Below, piece after piece: positions 1-6,893 of a DNA stretch of 24,000 bases. The stretch spans positions 46,916 to 70,915 of the forward strand of contig NZ_BCXA01000037.1 of NCBI RefSeq assembly GCF_001894865.1, in the 5' to 3' direction. The notes under the pieces were generated by a model, which did not search any database, had not been told where the DNA came from, and saw nothing but the letters and a program-made list of their open reading frames with translations. How positions within the stretch are numbered: the stretch's first letter is position 1; each line of letters opens with the position of its first letter. The translations under genes were made by a program, and so were the position numbers. Origin of the DNA: Rhodococcus maanshanensis NBRC 100610. GTDB taxonomy: Bacteria; Actinomycetota; Actinomycetes; Mycobacteriales; Mycobacteriaceae.

Positions 1-639
1 ACCCTCGGCGAGGAGGTGCGCGACCCGCGCCGCACCATCGGGCTGGCCATCCCCGTCGCGCTGGGCATCACGCTGGTCGTGTACACCCTTGTCGCGGCGG
101 CGGCGCTGAAAACCCTTGGCCCGCACGGGCTGGCGACGGCGGCCGATCCGCTGGCGCAGGTGGTACGCGCCGCGGGCGCGCCCGAGCTGGAGCCGCTGGT
201 CCGGGTCGGTGCGGTGCTCGCCGCGCTCGGCTCCCTGCTCGCGCTGATCCTCGGGGTCTCGCGCACCACCCTGGCCATGGCGCGCGACGGCCACCTGCCG
301 CGTGGGCTGGCCGCCGTGCACCCACGCTTCGGCGTGCCGCACCGCGCGGAGTTGCTGGTGGGTGCGGTCGTCGCGGTGCTCGCCGCGGTCGCGGACCTGC
401 GGCACGCGATCGGGTTCTCCTCGTTCGCCGTGCTCGCCTACTACCTGATCGCGAACTGCGCGGCGCTGACGCTGACCCGCGAGGAGGGCAGGGCGTGGCC
501 GGGGATCCCGATCCTCGGTGCGCTCGGCTGTGTGACGCTGGGGTTCGCGCTGCCCGTCGCCTCCGTGCTCGGCGGACTGGCCGTGCTCGGCGCGGGTGCG
601 CTGGTGTACGTGGCCAGACGGCGCGGCACCGCCTCGTGA
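1..639 (+). CDS. APC-superfamily amino acid permease, C-terminal fragment (5' end outside window)
   Basis: Frame 1 is open from base 1 to TGA at 637-639. The translation (TLGEEVRDPRRTIGLAIPVALGITLVVYTLV...) is a series of hydrophobic TM helices typical of APC permeases. Strong GC3 bias in this frame. Confidence 0.8.
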   Translation, partial: TLGEEVRDPRRTIGLAIPVALGITLVVYTLVAAAALKTLGPHGLATAADPLAQVVRAAGAPELEPLVRVGAVLAALGSLLALILGVSRTTLAMARDGHLPRGLAAVHPRFGVPHRAELLVGAVVAVLAAVADLRHAIGFSSFAVLAYYLIANCAALTLTREEGRAWPGIPILGALGCVTLGFALPVASVLGGLAVLGAGALVYVARRRGTAS

Positions 640-753
640 CCCCGTCCATCAGAGAACACAGGGCGACTCAACCCTCCTTTCGCGCACGCTCCGTCGCGAT
701 ATCCGCCCACAGCGAAACGCCCCACCGGCGGGAACAGACCCCCGACCGGCGAG

Positions 754-774
754 GTTGAGCATCACACGCTCAAC
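754..774. promoter_or_regulatory. HAIR-like (HspR-associated) inverted repeat upstream of lon
   Basis: GTTGAGC-atcacac-GCTCAAC is a perfect 7-bp inverted repeat with a 7-nt spacer, ending 17 nt before the lon ATG. It matches the core of the HAIR consensus CTTGAGT-N7-ACTCAAG. Confidence 0.5.
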
Positions 775-791
775 TTCAGAAGGGCAGGGTC

Positions 792-3119
792 ATGACAACA
801 ACCGAACGTCTTCCCGTGCTGTTCGTGGCGGAACCGGTGGTGCTGCCAGGAATGGTCGTCCCCATCGAGCTCGACGAACCGGCACAGGCCGCCATCGACG
901 CGGCCCGCAGCAGCAGCGACGGCCGCGTGCTGCTCGCCCCACGCCTCGAGGACCGATACGCGGCGTTCGGCGTGGTCGCCTCCATCGAACAGATCGGCAG
1001 GCTCAGCGGCGGGGCGCCTGCCGCGGTTCTCAAGGCAGGCAGACGCGCCCGCATCGGCACCGGCGTCACCGGGCCCGGCGCCGCGCTGTGGGTCGAGGCC
1101 GAGCTCGTCGAGGACCACGCCCCCGACGGCCGGACCACCGAACTCTCCCACGAGTACAAGAACCTGGTGGTCGCGGTCCTACAGCGCCGCGAGGCCTGGC
1201 AGGTCATCGATTCTGTCAACCGGCTCACCGACCCCTCGGCGATCGCCGACACCGCCGGTTACGCCCCCTACCTGACCGACCTGCAGAAGCGGCAGCTCCT
1301 CGAAACCCCCTCGGCGACAGAGCGCCTGACCGTGCTGATCGACTGGACGAAGGAGCATCTCGCCGAGGTCGAGGTGGCCGACAAGATCGGCGACGACGTC
1401 CGCGAGGGCCTGGAGAAGAGCCAGCGCGAGTTCCTGCTGCGGCAGCAACTCGCCGCGATCCGCAAAGAGCTCGGCGAGGGCGAGGCGGACGGGGCCGACG
1501 ACTACCGCTCCCGCGTCGAGGGTGCCGACCTGCCGGATTCCGTGCGGGAGGCCGCATTACGCGAGGTCGGTCGACTGGAGCGGGCGGGCGACCAGAGCCC
1601 CGAGTCCGGCTGGATCCGTACCTGGCTCGACACGGTGCTCGAACTCCCCTGGACGGTCCGCACCACGGACAGCACCGACGTCGTGGCCGCCCGTGCGGTG
1701 CTCGACGCCGACCACCACGGCCTGGAGGAGGTCAAGGACCGGATCGTGGAGTACCTGGCGGTCCGCGCGCGCCGCGCGGAGCGGGGCCTCGAGGTCGTCG
1801 GCGGCCGCGGCTCGGGCGCGGTCATGGTGCTCGCCGGTCCGCCCGGCGTCGGCAAGACCTCGCTGGGCGAGAGCGTCGCACGGGCGTTGGGGCGCAAGTT
1901 CGTTCGCGTCGCGCTCGGCGGCGTCCGCGACGAGGCGGAGATCCGCGGGCACCGGCGCACCTACGTGGGCGCGCTGCCGGGACGGATCGTCCGCGCGATC
2001 AACGAGGCCGGCTCGATGAACCCGGTCGTGCTGCTCGACGAGATCGACAAGGTCGGCTCGGACTACCGCGGCGACCCCGCGGCGGCCCTGCTCGAGGTGC
2101 TGGACCCGGCGCAGAACCACACGTTCCGCGACCACTACCTCGATCTCGACCTCGACCTGTCCGACGTGGTGTTCATCGGGACGGCCAACGTGGTGGAGTC
2201 GATCCCGGCCGCCCTGCTGGACCGCATGGAGCTCGTCACCGTCGACGGCTACACCGCCGACGACAAGGTGGCGATCGCGCGGGACTTCCTGGTGCCGCGT
2301 CAGCTCGAACGCGCGGCACTCACCGCGGACGAGGTCGAGGTGACCGAGGACGCGCTGCGCGAGCTCGCGGCCGACTACACGAGGGAGGCCGGGGTCCGTC
2401 AGCTCGAACGGCTGCTGGCGAAGGCGCTCCGCAAGGCCGCGACCCGGCTCGCGGGCGTCGCCGCCCCCGAGCGGGTGGTGATCGGGGTCGACGAGCTCAA
2501 GGACCTGCTCGGCCGGCCGCGCTTCACCCCCGAGGCGCACGAGCGGACCTCGGTTCCCGGCGTATCGACCGGGCTGGCCGTCACCGGGCTCGGCGGCGAC
2601 GTGCTGTTCATCGAGGCGAACGCCACCGACGGCAAGGCGGGGCTGACCCTGACCGGGCAGCTCGGCGACGTGATGAAGGAGTCGGCGCAGATCGCGCTGT
2701 CCTATGTCCGCGCGCACGCGGCGGAGCTGGGTGTCGACCCGGCCACCCTGGACCGGAGCATCCACATCCACGTGCCCGCGGGGGCGGTGCCCAAGGACGG
2801 GCCGTCCGCCGGGGTGACGATGGTGACGGCGCTGGTGTCCCTCGCCCTCGGCCGCCCGGTGCGGTCGGACGTCGGCATGACCGGCGAGGTCACGCTGAAC
2901 GGGCGGGTGCTGCCGATCGGCGGCGCAAAGCAGAAGCTGCTGGCGGCGCAGCGGGCGGGACTGAGCACGGTGTTCCTGCCCGCCCGCAACGAGCCGGACC
3001 TGGACGACGTCCCCGCGGACGTCCTCGAGTCCGTCGAGGTGCGCTTGGTGTCCGACGTCGCGGACCTACTGCGGTCGGCCATCACGTCCGCCGAGGAGCA
3101 GTCGGTCCAGGCGGCGTAG
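792..3119 (+). CDS. lon: ATP-dependent Lon protease (LonA type)
   Basis: 775 aa. N-terminal LON domain (LPVLFVAEPVVLPGMVVPIELD), Walker A GPPGVGKTS, Walker B VVLLDEIDK, protease Ser in PKDGPSAGVTM and Lys in GGAKQKLLAA. Purine-rich aagggcaggg precedes the ATG. Confidence 0.97.
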   Translation: MTTTERLPVLFVAEPVVLPGMVVPIELDEPAQAAIDAARSSSDGRVLLAPRLEDRYAAFGVVASIEQIGRLSGGAPAAVLKAGRRARIGTGVTGPGAALWVEAELVEDHAPDGRTTELSHEYKNLVVAVLQRREAWQVIDSVNRLTDPSAIADTAGYAPYLTDLQKRQLLETPSATERLTVLIDWTKEHLAEVEVADKIGDDVREGLEKSQREFLLRQQLAAIRKELGEGEADGADDYRSRVEGADLPDSVREAALREVGRLERAGDQSPESGWIRTWLDTVLELPWTVRTTDSTDVVAARAVLDADHHGLEEVKDRIVEYLAVRARRAERGLEVVGGRGSGAVMVLAGPPGVGKTSLGESVARALGRKFVRVALGGVRDEAEIRGHRRTYVGALPGRIVRAINEAGSMNPVVLLDEIDKVGSDYRGDPAAALLEVLDPAQNHTFRDHYLDLDLDLSDVVFIGTANVVESIPAALLDRMELVTVDGYTADDKVAIARDFLVPRQLERAALTADEVEVTEDALRELAADYTREAGVRQLERLLAKALRKAATRLAGVAAPERVVIGVDELKDLLGRPRFTPEAHERTSVPGVSTGLAVTGLGGDVLFIEANATDGKAGLTLTGQLGDVMKESAQIALSYVRAHAAELGVDPATLDRSIHIHVPAGAVPKDGPSAGVTMVTALVSLALGRPVRSDVGMTGEVTLNGRVLPIGGAKQKLLAAQRAGLSTVFLPARNEPDLDDVPADVLESVEVRLVSDVADLLRSAITSAEEQSVQAA

Positions 3120-3124
3120 CCGCA

Positions 3125-3168
3125 CCGTGCGGGATCCGTACCCCGATCGGGGTACGGATCCCGCACGG
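3125..3168 (+). terminator. Perfect 44-bp palindrome (22-bp arms) 5 nt after the lon stop; probable factor-independent terminator without a U tract
   Basis: ccgtgcgggatccgtaccccga|tcggggtacggatcccgcacgg is fully self-complementary around 3146/3147. It sits immediately after the TAG of lon. Confidence 0.6.
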
Positions 3169-3268
3169 GAGTGATGGCGCCGAGCTCTTGTGGGACAACG
3201 GATCCGGGATCGGCCGGAACGGGAGTGCGCTGTCGGAGCCGGCCCGATCGTCTGGTACTGATACGGGC

Positions 3269-3631
3269 ATGAAACGAACCCTGATCGCCGCCGTCGCGGC
3301 CGCCGCCGTGCCCTTCTTCCTCGTCGGCTGCAGCTCTGACACCGAGGAGAAGACGAGCGACTCCGCCGCCGCCAGCACGGTCGAGGAGCTGGCGATCGGC
3401 GAGTCGCCGCAGCCGACCGGCGACATCTACCACGACACCTGCAACGGGATCCGCGAGTACATCAAGACCCTGAAGGACGCCGGCATCACCGGCGAGGGCA
3501 GCACGCCGGAGGCCATCGGCACCGAGTTCGCCAACCTCGCGAAGGCCGCGCCGGACTGGGCCACCAAGTCCGAGCAGGACCAGAAGGACTTCCAGCGCGG
3601 CGTGGACGCCGGCATCAAGGGCGAGTGCTGA
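3269..3631 (+). CDS. Small lipoprotein of unknown function (120 aa)
   Basis: ATG at 3269. Signal peptide MKRTLIAAVAAAAVPFFLVGC with lipobox L-V-G-C. Acidic/hydrophilic mature part with two further Cys, including the C-terminal residue. GC3-biased frame, followed by a hairpin terminator. Confidence 0.7.
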   Translation: MKRTLIAAVAAAAVPFFLVGCSSDTEEKTSDSAAASTVEELAIGESPQPTGDIYHDTCNGIREYIKTLKDAGITGEGSTPEAIGTEFANLAKAAPDWATKSEQDQKDFQRGVDAGIKGEC

Positions 3632-3658
3632 CCGCTCCCCACGGTGACGAGAACGCTG

Positions 3659-3694
3659 AACGCTCGGCTGGGACACCCCGGCCGAGCGTTTTGC
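3659..3694 (+). terminator. Rho-independent-type terminator after the lipoprotein gene
   Basis: Stem aacgctcggc / gccgagcgtt (10 bp, plus an inner ggg/ccc extension), followed by ttgcc so the 3' side reads gcgttttgcc. It starts 28 nt after the stop. Confidence 0.6.
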
Positions 3695-3813
3695 CAACTC
3701 AACGGCGGCCGACGATCACCTACCGGCGCTTCCACAACCACTGACTGAAATCAGTTGTGCCCCAGATTCTCCAGCGACCTCCAAGTTCGGGGAGAGTGCC
3801 GCCGCGTGGCAAC

Positions 3814-4260
3814 TCAGATCTGATCATCGACCACGTGGTTTGCGAGTCGGTCCGGAGGACGTTGCTTGAGCCCGGATGACAGTACGAGGACCGCCAGCAC
3901 GATGGCCGCGAGGAGCAGCGCCAGGACATCTCCCCACAGATGTCCCATGTGGTCGCCGCTGCCGAAGGACTGCACCGCCATTATTGCGGCGTGGACGACG
4001 CTGGAACACACGGTGAACCAGATCAGGCTGAGATTGTCCTCGGGCCGTCGAGCCGCGTTCCACAGGAATACGCCCAACGTCACGTACAGGCCGACGATCA
4101 TCATGAAGTAGTCGGATTGGTAGGGCGCACCGGAATGCCACGCCCACCCCGATGGCCACACCACCGCCAACGGATAGAGAAGAACCATCACCGCGCCGAA
4201 GACCACGAGCGCGATCTGAAGGAGTCTGTAGGTGAATGAGTAGGCCGTTGCGCGCTCCAT
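3814..4260 (-). CDS. Integral membrane protein, about 4 TM helices, unknown function (148 aa)
   Basis: ATG at 4260 (MERATAYSFTYRLLQIALVVFGAVMVLLYPL...), with four hydrophobic segments. The longer ORF up to 4425 adds a non-hydrophobic, poorly coding-looking extension, so the internal ATG is preferred. Confidence 0.7.
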   Translation of the reverse strand: MERATAYSFTYRLLQIALVVFGAVMVLLYPLAVVWPSGWAWHSGAPYQSDYFMMIVGLYVTLGVFLWNAARRPEDNLSLIWFTVCSSVVHAAIMAVQSFGSGDHMGHLWGDVLALLLAAIVLAVLVLSSGLKQRPPDRLANHVVDDQI

Positions 4261-4426
4261 GGGATCACTCCAAGGAATATGGCTCCAAGCGGGTTCCGTT
4301 TCCAGAATCTCCGAGGCGAAACTAAGAATCACGGTATCGCTCGCGCGTCGCGACTGCCACTGGACCATTTCCGTGCCGGAACTCCAATCGTCTTTCGCGT
4401 ATCCGGTCCCACCGCCTCGATGCACA

Positions 4427-4443
4427 TTGACATGTCATGTCAA
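4427..4443. promoter_or_regulatory. Perfect 17-bp palindrome TTGACATG-T-CATGTCAA (candidate operator; also contains TTGACA on both strands)
   Basis: Self-complementary by direct reading. A third TGTCA copy follows at 4447-4451. It lies in the divergent region between the membrane-protein gene and the amidase gene. Confidence 0.35.
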
Positions 4444-4497
4444 ACTGTCACGCACGAGCCGGCCGGGCTCGTCGAAAGTGCAGTATCAGGGGGGTAC

Positions 4498-5925
4498 GTG
4501 GAGATCACCGAGGAATCGGCCGTCGCGCTGGCGGGCTCGATCCGGGCGGGTTCGCTCAGTTCGCGCGAGGTGGTCGAGGCGCACATCGCGGTGCTCGAGC
4601 GGGTCAACCCGTCGCTGAACGCGGTGGTGGTCGAGCGGTACGAGGCGGCCCGACGGGAGGCGGACGACGTCGATGCGCGGCTGTCCGCGGAAGGACCGGA
4701 CGCGCTCCCGCCGCTCGCGGGTGTCCCCGTGACCGTCAAGGAGTCGCTCGCCGTCGCCGGCATGCCCAACACCGCGGGAGTCGTTGCGCGCAAACACATC
4801 CGCCCGGCCGCGCACGCGCCCGTGGTGCAGCGCGTCCTCGACGCGGGCGCGATCGTGCTCGGCCTGACGAACACGTCAGAGGGCTGCATGTGGATCGAGA
4901 GCAACAACCGGGTCTACGGGCGCACCAACAACGCCTACGACCGTCGGCGCAGCGCGGGCGGCTCCTCCGGCGGTGAGGGTGCCGCCATCGGCAGCGGCGG
5001 GTCCCCGATCGGGATCGCCACCGACACGCTTGGGTCGATTCGGATCCCGGCGTTCTGCAACGGGGTCTTCGGGCACCGGCCCTCGACCGGCCTCCTACCC
5101 GTCACCGGATCCTGGCCCCCGCCCTACGGGGTCGCGCGGATGTGCGCGAACGGCCCGCTGGCGCGCCGCGCCCAGGACCTGATGCCCCTGCTGGAGATCA
5201 TGGCTGGACCCGACGGCGTCGACCCCCTCGTGCGGGAGGTACCGCTGCGCGACCCCGCGGCGACCTCGCTGGCCGGTGTCCGGGTGACCCTCGTCGACGA
5301 CGCGTTCCTGCCGGGCGCCGGTCGCGAGATGCTGCGCGCGCGGGACCGCGCCGCCGCCGCACTGGAGGAGGCGGGCGCGAAGGTCGAGCACGTCACGATG
5401 ACCTCGCTGCGCCAGATCGGCCTGTTCACCACCATCGTCCTGGCCGAGGAGACGGGCATCAGCTTCGCGGAGATCATGCGCGGCCAGGGCGCCCATCCCC
5501 TGTCGCTGCCCGAACTGGTCGCGTTGCGGGGCCGGCACACCGCGCCGATGCGTTCGCTGGTGATCGGCGAGGTGCTCGAGAAGCTGCTGCCCCAGCGGCT
5601 GGTGCGGAGGCTGGCCGCCGCCGCCCACACGGTGGCGGACGAGGTGACGGCGCTCGTCGGGGACGGGCTGCTGCTGCATCCGACGATGCCCGCGGTCGCG
5701 CCGCGACACGGCGCGTCCACCGGCCAGCCGTGGCGGACCAACGCCGTCGCCCCGTTCAGCCTCGCCGGGTTGCCGGTCACGCAGGCGCCGCTCGGGCTGG
5801 GCTCGGCCGGGCTGCCGCTCGGCGTCCAGATCGTCGGTGGGATGGGCAACGACCACCTCACGATCGCCGCCGCGCTCGAGCTGGAACGCGCGTTCGGCGG
5901 ATGGGCGCCCCCGCGCGGGAACTAG
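4498..5925 (+). CDS. Amidase (amidase-signature family)
   Basis: Amidase signature GGSSGGEGAAIGSGGSPIGIATDTLGSIRIPA and upstream Lys in VTVKESLAV. GTG at 4498 is preceded by aggggggtac and gives a family-typical N-terminus (VEITEESAVALAGSIRAGSLSSREVVEAHI) and length (475 aa). In-frame ATGs at 4420 and 4432 are alternative starts but fall inside the palindrome. Confidence 0.9.
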   Translation: MEITEESAVALAGSIRAGSLSSREVVEAHIAVLERVNPSLNAVVVERYEAARREADDVDARLSAEGPDALPPLAGVPVTVKESLAVAGMPNTAGVVARKHIRPAAHAPVVQRVLDAGAIVLGLTNTSEGCMWIESNNRVYGRTNNAYDRRRSAGGSSGGEGAAIGSGGSPIGIATDTLGSIRIPAFCNGVFGHRPSTGLLPVTGSWPPPYGVARMCANGPLARRAQDLMPLLEIMAGPDGVDPLVREVPLRDPAATSLAGVRVTLVDDAFLPGAGREMLRARDRAAAALEEAGAKVEHVTMTSLRQIGLFTTIVLAEETGISFAEIMRGQGAHPLSLPELVALRGRHTAPMRSLVIGEVLEKLLPQRLVRRLAAAAHTVADEVTALVGDGLLLHPTMPAVAPRHGASTGQPWRTNAVAPFSLAGLPVTQAPLGLGSAGLPLGVQIVGGMGNDHLTIAAALELERAFGGWAPPRGN

Positions 5926-5963
5926 ACTTCCCGGGCCATCACCCGACCGAGAGATCGCCTGCC

Positions 5964-6893
5964 GTGCCTGCCGCCCAGCTCCCCACCCCGACCGCCCCGA
6001 GCCTGAACGCCGACTGCGGCAATTGCTTCGCGCTGTGCTGCGTGGCGCTGCCCTTCGCCAAGTCCGCGGACTTCGCGGTCGACAAGTCCGCAGGCCGGCC
6101 GTGCACGAACCTCCTGGACGACTTCCGGTGCGGGATCCACACCGACCTCCGACACCGGGGGTTCACGGGCTGCACCGTCTACGACTGCTTCGGCGCCGGG
6201 CAGAAGGTGTCCCAGCAGACCTTCGGTGGGCGCGACTGGCGGCGGGACCCGGCCGGGGCCGACGCGATGTTCGAGGTCTTCCCGATCATGCGGCAACTCC
6301 ACGAGCTGCTCTGGTACCTGAACGAGTCGCTGACGACCGCGGCCGCGGCACCGGTGCACGCGGAACTCCGCGACGCCTGGGACCGGACGGTGGAGCTGAC
6401 CGACGGCGACGCCGCGTCGGTGGCCGGGATCGACGTCGATCGCCACCGCCAGGAGGTGAATGTGCTGCTGCTCCGGGTCAGCGAGCTGGTTCGCGGGGCG
6501 GTGCCGGGCCGCAAGCGTGAACACCGGGGCGCCGACCTCATCGGCGCCAAGCTGTGCGGCGCGAACCTGCGGGGGGCGAACCTGCGGGGGGCGTACCTGA
6601 TCGGCGCGGACCTGCGAAAGGCCGACCTGCGGTCGTCCGATCTCATCGGCGCCGACTTCCGGGGAGCGGATCTCCGGGGCGCGGACCTGACCGACAGCAT
6701 CTTCCTGACCCAGTTCCAGATCAATGCCGCGAAGGGCGACGCGACCACCCGCCTGCCCGGCGCGCTGGCGACGCCACCGCACTGGAGCGATTCGGAAGTT
6801 CTCACGGCTCCCCGGGCCGCACGAGGTCGTCCTCGCCGAGCGGGTGGCGGCGGGACCAGACGGCATAACGGTCGGCCAGCGGCGCCGCGCTGA
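5964..6893 (+). CDS. Cys-rich (YkgJ/CxxCxxCC-like) domain fused to pentapeptide-repeat domain
   Basis: GTG at 5964. N-terminus CGNCFALCC...RPCTNLLDDFRCGIHTDL...GCTVYDC has 8 Cys in about 60 aa. A helical middle region follows, then 12 consecutive A(D/N)LXX pentapeptides (GADLIGAKLCGANLRGANLRGAYLIGADLRKADLRSSDLIGADFRGADLRGADLTDSIFL). Confidence 0.85.
   Translation: MPAAQLPTPTAPSLNADCGNCFALCCVALPFAKSADFAVDKSAGRPCTNLLDDFRCGIHTDLRHRGFTGCTVYDCFGAGQKVSQQTFGGRDWRRDPAGADAMFEVFPIMRQLHELLWYLNESLTTAAAAPVHAELRDAWDRTVELTDGDAASVAGIDVDRHRQEVNVLLLRVSELVRGAVPGRKREHRGADLIGAKLCGANLRGANLRGAYLIGADLRKADLRSSDLIGADFRGADLRGADLTDSIFLTQFQINAAKGDATTRLPGALATPPHWSDSEVLTAPRAARGRPRRAGGGGTRRHNGRPAAPR
6528..6707 (+). repeat. 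15-nt periodic coding repeat (pentapeptide repeats), including an exact tandem gcgaacctgcggggg x2 at 6561-6590
   Basis: Direct reading shows 12 x 15 nt units in frame with the CDS. Confidence 0.85.

Noticed and set aside
792-3119. Lon as part of a Lon-like-protease anti-phage or toxin-antitoxin system
   Set aside because: It has the full canonical LonA architecture (N-domain, AAA+, S16 Ser-Lys protease) with a heat-shock-type operator. There are no adjacent small toxin/antitoxin-like or defence genes.
596-3631. 1011-aa ORF spanning the lon region in another frame, together with similar long ORFs at 68-649(-), 1557-2771(-) and 2702-3697(-)
   Set aside because: The translations are monotonous Arg/Gly/Pro/Ala-rich strings with no motifs, as expected from out-of-frame or antisense reading of very GC-rich coding DNA where stop codons are rare. 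The lon frame has clear family motifs and GC3 bias. Only the last 120 codons (3269-3631) are kept, as a separate lipoprotein gene.
3733-3759. Imperfect hairpin cacaac(ca)ctga-ctgaaa-tcagttgtg downstream of the 4-TM membrane gene
   Set aside because: The stem is short, bulged and AT-containing, with no U tract on either strand. This is too weak to call a terminator.
4279-4497. Upstream extension of the amidase ORF (annotated ORF start 4279; in-frame ATGs at 4420 and 4432)
   Set aside because: The extension lacks amidase homology and would begin 19 nt from the divergent gene. The ATGs lie inside a perfect palindrome that looks regulatory. GTG 4498 gives the family-typical N-terminus. This is retained as an uncertainty rather than a feature.
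6528-6707. Regularly spaced short direct repeats that could superficially suggest a CRISPR-like or minisatellite array
   Set aside because: The period is exactly 15 nt, in frame with a CDS, and encodes canonical A(D/N)LXX pentapeptides. There are no spacers of unique sequence.
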